In this document: one piece after another, positions 25,842-36,521 of the stretch | How the letters are laid out: each line of letters begins with the position of its first letter | Numbering within the stretch: position 1 is the first letter of the stretch | Made by a program: the position numbers and the translations under genes | Assembly (NCBI RefSeq): GCF_001194135.2 | Contig: NC_068995.1 | Location: forward strand, 6,844,175 to 6,901,153 | Direction: 5' to 3' | DNA length: 56,979 nucleotides | Source: Octopus bimaculoides | Taxonomy: Eukaryota | The notes under the pieces: generated by a model | Told to the model about the DNA's origin: nothing | Databases searched by the model: none | What the model saw: the letters and a program-made list of their open reading frames with translations, nothing else

Positions 25842-26482
25842 AACACACACACACATTTATATATTCATATGTATTTTTGAAGACCATGAAGGAATGTAGC
25901 AAGCATGCTTTAGAGCAGTGGTTCTCAACCAGGGTCCATATGGCCCCTGAAGGTCCAGATAAGATTTTCAGGGGTCCACACAATAAAATAGTAAATACTT
26001 CACTCTCCCTTATTGCTCTATCCTTCCTACTGCTGTCAGCTTAGAATTGGTGGTTCTCAACCTGGGTCCATATAAGATTTTTTGGAGGGGTCCCCATGCA
26101 AGCAAAATAGCAAACAAGAACTCACAGTAGCAAGTTATGGGTCCATGAAAAAAAATTTGCTTTAGACGTATTCATTGCATGAAACAGCTGGGTTTCTTTC
26201 CCTAACATTTTACAGGGTTCAACCTACACAAGTGAACGTGTGATGAACAAAACAGGAATTTTAAAAGAAGCTTCTATAAAACTAGTTTTAAACATTGAAC
26301 GGCTATAGGGGTCCACCAGAATAAAATAGTAATCAAAGGGGAACCACACAAGAAAATAGTAAATTGGAGATCCAGAATAGTATTTCAAGGGGCCCTGAAA
26401 GAATGTTGTTTTAGATGTATGTATTGGTATGTATTGCAAGAAACAGCTGGGTTTCTTTCTCTAACAGGGTCAAGCTAGATCT

Positions 26483-26545
<63 letters not shown>

Positions 26546-26974
26546 GCTTCTTTCAGTTTCCATCTACCAAATCTGCTCACAAGGCTTTGGTCAGCCCGAG
26601 GCTATAGTAGAAGACACTTGCCCAAGGTGCCCTGCATTAGAACTGAACCAGGAACCAAGTGGTTGGTTAACAAGCTACTTATCACACAGCCACGTATAAA
26701 TGCCTGAGTTGACCTATCACTTTAATTATTATTTTACTGACCTTGTATCAAAATTTGAAACCAATATAATAATTATTTTACTGAATATTCTAATGAACTC
26801 TGTCTTGTTGCATAGAATCCTAACCTAGCCATTAAGCTATGACTCATCACTACATGACATTAGTCTGTTAAAATAATATACAGTGATATTGTAAATCGCT
26901 GGCCTAGCTACTAGCTATACTACAACACATCACTAAATAACAGGAGTTTGTTAAAGAAATAAATATCAACAAAC

Positions 26975-27094
26975 CAGGTTTTGTCTTTGTTTTCTTGTTT
27001 AATTTCTGTGAAAATTGCTCCAAGAGATCAGGAAAACACTGGCCAACCATTTCTCTGTCCTCAACAGTAACATAAGCTTCATTTTCATCAGATC
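26975..27094 (-). CDS. GEN1: GEN1 exon 10 (chromodomain, second part)
   Basis: GSDENEAYVTVEDREMVGQCFPDLLEQFSQKLNKKTKTKP; phase 1 in and out matches the neighbouring exons. Confidence 0.8.
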
Positions 27095-27522
27095 CTTTGA
27101 GAAAAAATAAACAATGTATAAATATATATNNNNNNNNNNNNNNNNNNNNNNNNNNNNNNNNNNNNNNNNNNNNNNNNNNNNNNNNNNNNNNNNNNNNNNN
27201 NNNNNNNNNNNNNNNNNNNNNNNNNNNNNNNNNNNNNNNNNNNNNNNNNNNNNNNNNNNNNNNNNNNNNNNNNNNNNNNNNNNNNNNNNNNNNNNNNNNN
27301 NNNNNNNNNNNNNNNNNNNNNNNNNNNNNNNNNNNNNNNNNNNNNNNNNNNNNNNNNNNNNNNNNNNNNNNNNNNNNNNNNNNNNNNNNNNNNNNNNNNN
27401 NNNNNNNNNNNNNNNNNNNNNNNNNNNNNNNNNNNNNNNNNNNNNNNNNNNNNNNNNNNNNNNNNNNNNNNNNNNNNNNNNNNNNNNNNNNNNNNNNNNN
27501 NNNNNNNNNNNNNNNNNNNNNN

Positions 27523-27555
<33 letters not shown>

Positions 27556-27596
27556 GTATATACAAAAAAAAGATATACATAAATGAAATAACCCAC

Positions 27597-27658
27597 CTGA
27601 AATTTTCCATTCCATTTCAACAGATTGTACACCTTTACAAACTCGATTCTTAAGGATT
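27597..27658 (-). CDS. GEN1: GEN1 exon 9 (chromodomain, first part)
   Basis: ILKNRVCKGVQSVEMEWKIS; AG acceptor, GTGGGT donor; phases fit. Confidence 0.82.
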
Positions 27659-28491
27659 CTACAATGCCAAGAAATTTATTGAGATAAAAATGGTGCAGGC
27701 ATGGATTATGTGGTTTATGAAGTTTGATTTGTAACCAAATGTTGTTAGATTTAAGACTACAATGCGAAACCTTGGGCAGGTGTCTTCGATCATACCCACG
27801 AAGCTGACGAGACAAAACTTCTAAATTCACTGCCATGTGTTTTTCCTGAATGACTTGGGCAATATGTGGTCTTGCGTTACTATGTAAGAGCAACACCTGT
27901 GAAGGTGCACAGCTTAGTGACCAGGGTATTCGGATCACATCTGTAAGGTTGTGGGTTCAATTCCCAAAGGCATTGTGCCCTTGAGCAAGACACTTTATTA
28001 CACGTTGCTCCAGTCCACTCAGCTGGCAAAAACGAGTTGTACCTGTATTTTAAAGGGCTGGCTTTGACACATTTTGTATCACACTGAATGTCTCTGAGGA
28101 CTATGTTACTATGTTAGGGGCATGCATGTCTGTGAAGTGCAGACTTTACCATTGACCAGATTGATTGGAACCCTCGTCGTTGTAACCAATGGAGTACCAG
28201 ATTTTAAGAGCAACCTCCATTTACAACTGATCAAGGATAAGCACCTTATCTGCAAATTTTTTATGCAATGCTTCCAACAGACAACAATACTTCACCACAT
28301 TGACTGTTTCATTTTGGTTTAGCACATCATGCTAGATGCTACTCTTCACAGCTCACCAAACACAGAACATAACTCTTTCCCTTGTCTTGTCATTGGTATG
28401 TGATGGTGGTGGTATTGGTGGTTGTTCGTTTGTGATAAAATATGTAACGGTAGTAAATGTGATGGTGGTAGTGTTGGACAAGGGTACTCAC

Positions 28492-28631
28492 TTTACAGGG
28501 GTGAGATAAAGTTCACGGGTTTTAGTTGTGACCAGACTGACTGTCTCCAACATAATCCATCTTGTAAGAAGTGGTAGAATTTTCTGCACAGCATAATCTT
28601 TGGGCCATTCCAGATTGACAGCCACGAAATT
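28492..28631 (-). CDS. GEN1: GEN1 exon 8
   Basis: NFVAVNLEWPKDYAVQKILPLLTRWIML...LYLTPV; resembles the GEN1 EWP..YA..K.L.LL motif; GTGAGT donor. Confidence 0.87.
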
Positions 28632-28758
28632 CTATAAAAGTAACATGTAACAAGTATTTATAGAATTATCTCTAGAAATAACAAGAAAAAAAAACATGAA
28701 TGAAAAAATAATTCATAAAATTTTAATGTTGTTTAGCACTGGGTTCATCCTGATTAAC

Positions 28759-29150
28759 AGGAGGTGCAATGGCCCAGTGGATAGGGCAGCGGACTCACGG
28801 TCATAGGATCGTGGTTTCGATTCCCACACCGGGCATTGTGAGTGTTTATTAAGCGAAAACACCTAAAGCTCCACGAGGCTCCGGCAGGGGATGGTGGCGA
28901 ACCCTGCTGTACTCTTTCGCCATAACTTTCTCTCACTCTTACTTCCTGTTTCTGTTGTGCCTGTAATTCAAAGGGTCAGCCTTGTCACACTCTGTGTCAC
29001 GCTGAATCTCCCCGAGAACTATGTTAAGGGTACACGTGTCTGTGGAGTGCTCAGCCACTTGCACATTAATTTCACGAGCAGGCTGTTCCGTTGATCGAAT
29101 CGACTGGAACCCTCGACGTCGTAAGCGACAGAGTGCCAAAAACAACAACA
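28759..29150 (+). mobile_element. Full-length tRNA-derived SINE with (CAA)n tail
   Basis: A box GGCCCAGTGG, B box GGTTTCGATTCCC, GC-rich body, hairpin-rich tail ending in AACAACAACA; tail also present inverted at about 33555-33660. Confidence 0.75.
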
Positions 29151-30353
29151 TCCTTATTAACAACACCTATGATCAAAGACAATCTAGCCATGACCGTCCT
29201 TTCTTTTTAGATATATTTTATTTCAGGCTATGTTATCTTGGTGTTAGAAAGAGCCATTCTAACATAGAAACCATGCCAAAGTTAACATGAAGCGCAATGC
29301 AGCCATGTGGCTCACCAGATCCAGTCAAAAGGACATTAAATGTTGATGATGATGAGGATGATGTTACCCAATATATACTGTTGGGTCAAGAAAACACTTT
29401 AATCTTATCAAGGACACAACACATTTACTTGTGCTGGTGCCACAAGGCACCCAGTGGTAAGAAGGGCAAACAGCTGCAAAAAACTAAGCCTCAAATAAAA
29501 CGTGTGAGTCAGATGTGGTACTCTGATCATACTGAGGAGGGCAGTAACTTCAAATAAGAACAAATTCATATTGTGATCACCAGACGATTCTTCAGTTTTT
29601 CTTTAAAGAAAGTAGAGTGTGATTTAAGAGAGATCTAGCTGTTATTTCTAGCAGGAGGAGTTGTCATAAGAAGCTGCCTGAAACAGAAAATAGTGATGAA
29701 TCTGCGGCTGGCACCTGAACTGCCCGTGTTGCACTTGTCAGCCGATTTACCAATTATACAACAAAGTAAGTGTTATTTTCATGAAATTGTTAAGTTGAAA
29801 CAACATAAACAACTTATAGCAGCTAACTTTGTCTTGCAAGAAACTTGGTGACTCTGTCAGTGATGGTGCCACATAAAAAGCACTTGGTACATTCTGTAAA
29901 GAGGTTGGTGTCAGGAAAGGCATCCAGCTGTAGAAACCATGCCAAAACAGTGCAGCTGGTGCAACTCCCTGGTGCAGCTCCCTGCTTTGCCAGCTTCTGT
30001 TGAACTATCCAGTCCATACTAGCATGGAAAATGGACACTGAATGGTGATGATGATGATGAACTTAAGAATTGGTAATGGCAGAAAGTCTGTAGAATTATT
30101 GGTGACATAGTCAAATAGCAAGTGATAGATACATAGTTCAAATCCTACCAATGGTACTATTGTTCTACCTCATGTTATGTTTTGTGTCTATAATGTGGAG
30201 TGCCATGATACGTGGTTTAAATCCAGCCAATGGTACTACACAGATGATAAAAGCTGTGATTTGGCAGCTATTTCTAATGGATGAAGTGGTTCTGTAGAGG
30301 CTTACACAGATTCATGAACAAAACAATTATGTTGTATTTAGTAGAAATCTCAC

Positions 30354-30437
30354 CTCAAATTTCTTCATATCTGGACTTTTCCACTGAAGATCGTTCTTTG
30401 GTAAAACATCTTTAGAAACTAAGAATTCTTCAATTAT
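30354..30437 (-). CDS. GEN1: GEN1 exon 7
   Basis: IIEEFLVSKDVLPKNDLQWKSPDMKKFE; GTAG acceptor, GTGAGA donor. Confidence 0.87.
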
Positions 30438-30849
30438 CTACAACAACAAAAGAAGAATATTATTATTCTTAATATCATCAACAATACCATCTCATTGTCT
30501 TTTTCTTCATCATGACCACTGTCGTTATCATATTTTCTGGTATACAAGTTGAAGTTTACAGACCAAAAGTTGCAGTTAAAAAATGGAAGGTCAACTTCTA
30601 CACCAAGACGATTTCAGAGGAGTAAAAATCCATGTGAAATGCAGCAGGATTTGGAAAGACAGCAACAATGTTTGAATGTTTACACTACATGTTTACAGCA
30701 TTACACAATGTCAGCTTGTATGCCAGAAAATATGGTATTCATCATCTCACTCATATCTGCATGGAAAAACAGTTTTATAATGATGATGGTGGCTATTTTA
30801 CTTTGGTGTTTTTGTGACAGAATCAGGAGAGCAACAAATAATATAATAT

Positions 30850-31245
30850 AACAGCTTGCGAAGACTTATTGGGGCAAGTGAAAGCGAAATCGGGATGGCA
30901 CCTGTGCCCAGCATCGCCTTTCTGACACTTGTGCCCGTGACATGTGTAAGGACTTTCGAGCGAGATCGTTGCCAGTGCCCCTGGACTGGCTCTTGTGCGG
31001 GTGACACATAAAATACACCATTTTGAGCGTGGCCGTTGCCAGTACCGCCTGACTGGTCTTCGTGTCGGTGGCACGTAAAAGCACCCACTACACTCTCTGA
31101 GTGGTTGGCGTTAGGAAGGGCATCCAGCTGTAGAAACTCTGCCAAATCAGATTGGAGCCTGATGTAGCCATCTGGTTTCACCAGTCCTCAGTCAAATCGT
31201 CCAACCCATGCTAGCATGGAAAGCGGACGTTAAACAATGATGATG
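30850..31245 (+). mobile_element. RTE-related repeat family C with (ATG)n tail; other copies at about 11070-11190(-), 12110-12395(+), 20960-21250(-), 29860-30060(+), 42030-42207(-), 46178-46380(-)
   Basis: GGTGGCACGTAAAAGCACC...GTTGGCGTTAGGAAGGGCATCCAGCTGTAGAAAC...CCAACCCATGCTAGCATGGAAAGCGGACGTTAAAC-(ATG)n. Confidence 0.75.
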
Positions 31246-31522
31246 ATAATATAATATAATATGATATAATGAAACTATTGTGTATAGTGCTCAGGTGCAC
31301 TACAACTCATCAAGGGTGCATGTAGAATACATAGAATTAAGTAGGCATGCATGCATGTATGTATATGCTTAGTGTCTTGTATGTTTGTATATCAAGGAAT
31401 AAAGTAGCTTTGAGCATGATGAAAGGTCAAACTGATTAAAATATATTTGAAATATACATCCACTTTCAAAATAAAGTTAATTGTTTGGTAATGGTTTAGA
31501 AATACCAAATATCTAATTGTAC

Positions 31523-31625
31523 CTGTTCAGATGGAAAGCCAGGTAACTTGCAGGCTTTCTCCCAGACACTCCTCTCAATACCACAACAGCAGTCTGAAGA
31601 TTTCATGGAGTGCCACTGACGAAAT
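31523..31625 (-). CDS. GEN1: GEN1 exon 6
   Basis: RFRQWHSMKSSDCCCGIERSVWEKACKLPGFPSEQ; TTTTGTAG acceptor, GTACAA donor; phases fit. Confidence 0.85.
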
Positions 31626-31710
31626 CTACAAAACAGAATGCATATATATAAACAAACATGTACACACATTTCTAACTAAAGCATAAATACATGCAGACAT
31701 TTACAATCAA

Positions 31711-31742
<32 letters not shown>

Positions 31743-31863
31743 AAAATCAAGCATACACAAACTTGTATATCTAAACACACATACACACTGACATACACAT
31801 AGATTTACGCATATTATGAGTTAAGGAAATATATAATCAAAGGCATACACACAATCATGACGC

Positions 31864-32250
31864 ACACGAGTGGCTGTGTGGTAAGTAGCTTACTTACCAA
31901 CCACATGATACCGGGATCAGTCCCACTGCATGGCACTTTGGGCAAGTGTCTTCTACTATGGCCTTGGGCCAACCAAAGCCTTTTGAGTGGATTTGGTAGA
32001 CGGAAACTGAAAGAAGCCCATCGCATTTATGTGTGTGTGTGAGTTTGTGTGCCTGTGTTAGATCTCCCTAACATTGCTTGAAAACCAATGCTGGTATTTT
32101 TACATCCCTGTAACTTAGCAGTTCAGCAAAAGAAACCAAGAGAATAAGTACTAGGCTTACAAAGAATAAGCCCTGGGGTTTATTCGTTCGACTAAAGGCA
32201 GTGCTCCAGCATGGCCGCAGTCAAATGACTGAAACAAGTAAATGAATAAA
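31864..32250 (+). mobile_element. CORE-like tRNA SINE (family A) with internal (GT)n; other copies or fragments at about 7836-8160(-), 26540-26695(-), 38762-38960(-), 41527-41690(+), 50150-50250(+), 51333-51503(+), 53960-54140(-), 56760-56948(+)
   Basis: GAGTGGCTGTGTGGTAAGTAGCTT...TTGGGCAAGTGTCTTCTACTAT...GACGGAAACTGAAAGAAGCCC head; tail GCTCCAGCATGGCCGCAGTCAAATGACTGAAACAAGTAAA. Confidence 0.8.
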
Positions 32251-32528
32251 AGAAAACAGCCAAACCTGTACCCATGACAATGAAAGCCTGTGTAGCTGCA
32301 ATGTAACATTGATTGTAGTAACAGCATCAATGTAACATGGCTGTGGCAAGATGTGGGAACATGTGCACTCAAAGAACCAAATGATGAGATAAAGACGAGA
32401 AATGGAGATTTGAAAGGAACAGATAGGAATGCATGTGTAAAGAGTAGTTAATGACCTCAAGCAGTCATGGGTGAATGGCAGCCCATGGGTCAAGTCCTGT
32501 AGCTTCCAGGACTCCCTGAACGGCATAT

Positions 32529-32770
32529 CTAGTGTTTTAAATCTGGGTTTTGTCCCCGTTAACCGGGGTGGCCAGATCTACCTCAATGCCATAGCAACTG
32601 AGGTAGGCAGGTGCAGCCCACCCCTAACCTTTGGGCTGGCTGGTGTCCATTATCCCTTGCTATCATGAGGCTTTTTTGGGGGCTGGATTTTCTATGGGGA
32701 GCATGTCCTTGCTTACCCCCAACCTTAGCTTCTAGACATGAGCGGTCTTGAGACCAAGGCCTCTACTAAT
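32529..32770 (-). mobile_element. Interspersed repeat fragment (probable non-LTR retroelement piece); second copy at about 48948-49185
   Basis: About 240 bp of clear similarity between the two loci; no ORF recognised. Confidence 0.55.
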
Positions 32771-32853
32771 AGTAGCAGCAGTAGTAGTGGCAGTAGCAGG
32801 AGAAGGAGAAGAAGAAGAAGATGTGTCATCCAAAATGTAGATCAGTTACCAAC

Positions 32854-33038
32854 CTTGATAGTACATCTCTGTTGGTGAGGGCCATAAGTAACTTTAGTGT
32901 TGTTTCCACTCCAACTTGCGGAATGCCCTTTGGTTGGTAGTCACAGCCGGTAAGCAGAGCAAAGGCCACAAGTTTCTCTTGGGTAAGGGGCAACTGTTGT
33001 TCGATGTCTTGCATTGTGTAGCTCTCAACGTGGGGGTC
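32854..33038 (-). CDS. GEN1: GEN1 exon 5 (H2TH, GCDY motif)
   Basis: DPHVESYTMQDIEQQLPLTQEKLVAFALLTGCDYQPKGIPQVGVETTLKLL...; canonical splice sites. Confidence 0.92.
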
Positions 33039-33403
33039 CTGGTAGGAAGAGATTGAGTGTGAGCGTGAGGAACTCGCACAGACTGTTACGGAATGAAGGG
33101 ATGAGGAAGAACGATAGAGTGAGGTAATGTGAGTGACAGAAAGAGAGAGGGTAAGAGAGTAACACTAACAGCGTGAGAAAGAGAGAGACGAAGAAGGTAA
33201 GAGAGAGAGGGTAAGAAAGAGAGTAAAACTGATAGTGAATGAAAGAGAAAGAGAGAAGGGGTGAGAGAGAGGAAGGGAAGAGAGACAGTCAAATTGACAG
33301 TGTTTGAGAGATTGAAAGAGAGAACGTATAAAAGACGAGAGACAGTATGCGAGAAAGTGAAAAAGAGTGAAGAAAATTTCAAAATAAAGATAAAAGGAAA
33401 AAC

Positions 33404-33490
33404 CTTTGGGTCTACGCTGATGTTTCGATAAATTTTCTGGGCTCCATAAAGGAAAGCATCTCCATCATCAGTGATGCAGGCATCGACTAC
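33404..33490 (-). CDS. GEN1: GEN1 exon 4 (XPG-I, TDDGD motif)
   Basis: VVDACITDDGDAFLYGAQKIYRNISVDPK; canonical splice sites. Confidence 0.92.
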
Positions 33491-33883
33491 CTGTAAAGAG
33501 ATAGATATAACAACAGAGAGGTGACATGTTGCATCAAGAGGATATAAGAATTGTTGTTGTTTGTTGTTGGCACTCCGTCGCTTACGACGTCGAGGGTTCC
33601 AGTTGATCCGATCAACGGAACAGCCTGCTCGTGAAATTGACATGCAAGTGGCTGAGCATCCAGCTATAGAAACCATACCAAATCAGACTGGAGTCAAACT
33701 GTCCAACCCATGACAGCACGATGATGAAGATGCAAAAAGGAAAAACATATTGCATGCTGAAGCACAGAATAAACTACCTGCATCAGGTGTTAACTGTCAA
33801 GCCACTACATCCTTCAAAACTTCCATGCTTCCCAAAGTACACCTGATGCTCCCCATCCATTTTTGGGTTGTTTTTTTTTTTAA

Positions 33884-34104
33884 CCCTTTAGTATTTAAAC
33901 CGGCCATATCCGGCCAAAATATTAAATCTGTTTTATGTTCAAACTGACCAGATCCAGGCTCTCACACCTACCCTACAATGTTATTCTACATTAAGTAATT
34001 ACACCATCAAGATCTTGAAGATATGAGATAATGCATGATTAATTGAAATCAATGTGAATCAATAAGCATATTATGTTTGATAGAATAATCTGAACACTAA
34101 AGGG
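33884..34104. mobile_element. piggyBac-like MITE
   Basis: TTAA|CCCTTTAGT...ACTAAAGGG|TTAA; related copy at 16343-16535. Confidence 0.75.
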
Positions 34105-34354
34105 TTAATGACTTATTCACTGTTCACTTCCTGTGCATATTCTATGTACTGTTCATGCGGTTTTGGTGACTTTTTCTGATGAGTTGTAGTGTAACCTGAG
34201 CAATACCATATACAATAAGTTTATTATACTATTATATTATAATATAAACCTAGATATTTTTAAAAGACAGGACAGTCCTCATAACCATGCTTAAACAGGG
34301 CTGACCTACATCAATAGAAATGCTCTCACCCATATGATAAAAGACATAACTTAC

Positions 34355-34444
34355 ACCATGTTTGTTAAGGAAAGCACAATAGGCTTCTGCTTCTCCTTGA
34401 CTTTCCAAATATGGCACTCCAAGACAATCCAGCAACTCACAACA
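34355..34444 (-). CDS. GEN1: GEN1 exon 3 (XPG-I, EAEA motif)
   Basis: CCELLDCLGVPYLESQGEAEAYCAFLNKHG; TTTTCAG acceptor, GTAAGT donor. Confidence 0.93.
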
Positions 34445-34730
34445 CTGAAAACCAACAAAAAAGAAGAGAAAATTAAATAACTGACAGACATATTATGTCA
34501 ATGTAGGGTAAAGTTGACTGGATTGACACCAAAATATTACTGGTACATATATCTTTAAACCTTGGGGACACGTACAAGCAAAGTCACAAAGAAATAAGAT
34601 CAACCATAATTATAAAAGAAAATGAGAAGCACAGATTAAGCAACAAAAATTATATAAAACAAGAAGAAAAAAAGGCCAAATATTAAATAAGAACTGGAAG
34701 GAAAACAAAGAATGTGAAGTAAATTTTTAC

Positions 34731-34932
34731 CTTTTTAACATATGCATTCAAATGTGATCTTTTAGTACTCTTGCGTGGTGGAAAGTTATTCTGAGACGAT
34801 TTTCCATACAAGAAACACTCATTTTGGCGTTTTCGCATTGTCTCTGCCTTCAGTTCAGGAGCGCAACCATCGATAATAAATACTAAATCGATTCCACTGT
34901 GTAATAAGTGGCTCACACGGAAGAACAGGTTT
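34731..34932 (-). CDS. GEN1: GEN1 exon 2 (XPG-N)
   Basis: NLFFRVSHLLHSGIDLVFIIDGCAPELKAETMRKRQ...; canonical AG/GT; phases consistent. Confidence 0.92.
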
Positions 34933-34959
34933 CTGTGATTAAAGATAAAAGATATTTAA

Positions 34960-35171
34960 CCCTTTTGGAGACAGAGCCTCACTGGAAATTTCAGTGTCAA
35001 GAAGTGGGAGACCTTTTCATAAACCCTACAAAGAGCATGCATTTATTTTCCAAAATAAAATAATTACTTTACATATATAAAACTATATATCTATAGGAAA
35101 TTGAATGAACTAATACAATCTCGGTCATTATACTTTACGGCCGACAGGTCAGCCCTGTTGTCTTCTAAGGG
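34960..35171. mobile_element. piggyBac-like MITE (second family)
   Basis: TTAA|CCCTT...AAGGG|TTAA. Confidence 0.65.
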
Positions 35172-35408
35172 TTAATGCATTTTTAGGAAAATTGTACTTA
35201 ATTCTTATACACGCACACATGCAATTTGTCATTGTTTAACGTCCGCTTTCCATGCTGGCATGGGTTGGACGGTTTTCTCCTTTTGGGGATTGATAAAATA
35301 AGTACCTGTTGAACACTGGGGTCGATGTAATTGACTTATTACCTCCCACAAAATTTCAGGCCTTGTGCCTATAGTATAAAGGATTATTATTATTATTATC
35401 ATTATTAT

Positions 35409-35441
<33 letters not shown>

Positions 35442-36039
35442 GGTGCCCCAGCATGGCCACAGCTTGTGAACTGAAACTAGTTCAATTCAATTCAATATGA
35501 TTGACAAGGTGTTAAGTCAGTCATAAAATTTAATCCAACGAGATTTATGACAGTATAAGAATTTGAATGAGATATGACAGCTTGGCCGTCTCTCCCCAGT
35601 TCTTATATTAATCATTAAATCCAGAAATACAACAACACGAGGGATAACGGTAACAACAGATCAATAGTTTATTCTAGGTTGGTGTAGAGCCGTTTCGTTC
35701 CTGGGTGAATAGGCATGCCGCTAGAATACCAAAGAAGCTTCGACCACATGTCGGGGTCGAGTTGTGGGAGAGCCTGAAAGAACATCCTGTCGCCACCGCT
35801 GCTGGAGAGAATAAGAGGGCGAACGCTATTGCTTTTTCTCCACCTGTTGCATTGCACATGCGTGCTCGGGTACTTCCGCTGACGGCAAGTCCTTGCACAT
35901 GCGCAATGGCACTTCCCAAAATGGCGGGCACACGCGCCACTACAACAGCAATAGTTATGTGACATATTTGTTTACATGCCAAAATGATGTAAATACACCA
36001 GGCAGTTAAGATTCAGATTCCATAAATTTGCAGGCATAT

Positions 36040-36285
36040 CTGGTACTACTAAAGCAGCACGCCCGAACGCGCAGTCGCGCGTCCGCGCTAGCTAGTCGTG
36101 AGTGGTCGATCCTAACCCTAAACCCTAAACACGTATTCATTTGCACACGCGGGTTAGGGATAGGGTTAGGGATAGGGTTAGGGTTAGGGTTAGGGACAGG
36201 GTTAGGGCTAGGATCGACCACTCAAGACTAGCTAGCGCAGAAGCGCGACTGCGCATTCGGGTCCGTGCTGCTTTAGTAGTACCGG
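36040..36285. mobile_element. Palindromic MITE-like element with about 75-bp inverted arms and central telomere-like repeats, in GEN1 intron 1
   Basis: CTGGTACTACTAAAGCAGCACG...GTGGTCGATCCTA is mirrored by TAGGATCGACCACTC...CGTGCTGCTTTAGTAGTACCGG. Centre holds CCCTAA-like units, then TTAGGG/ATAGGG units. CATAT direct repeat on both flanks. Confidence 0.75.
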
Positions 36286-36360
36286 CATATTTGACCGTGT
36301 GTGTGTGTTGTGGTAGTATGCATGTGCATGAGTGTGATAATCTGAGAAAAACCTACTTAC

Positions 36361-36521
36361 CTGAGGAACGGTTTTGGGGTAACCCTCTCTAGTTGCATGA
36401 CACCTTGAGATTCACAAATCCAAATACTGAGATCCACAGCAAGCCTCTGTCCACGTAAGCTGCTCAATGGCAAACGTTTCTTAACTGGGTCAAGCACAGG
36501 CCATAAATACGTGACCCCCAT
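36361..36521 (-). CDS. GEN1: GEN1 Holliday junction resolvase, coding exon 1 (XPG-N)
   Basis: ACCATGG; MGVTYLWPVLDPVKKRLPLSSLRGQRLAVDLSIWICESQ...KPFLR; donor GTAAGT; phase 2. Confidence 0.93.

Noticed and set aside
26904-27938. Long ORFs spanning N runs (also at 4.3, 10.4, 37.1, 38.9, 43.4 and 55.5 kb)
   Set aside because: Length comes from untranslatable gap bases; only the GEN1 exon 9 and 10 parts are real
29040-29140. Possible HDV-like ribozyme in the SINE tail
   Set aside because: I could form only three simple hairpins, not the nested double pseudoknot (P1/P1.1/P2/P3)
36040-36285. True chromosome end or telomere fusion site
   Set aside because: The tract is short, degenerate, enclosed by TIR-like arms with a TSD-like duplication, and lies within an intact gene
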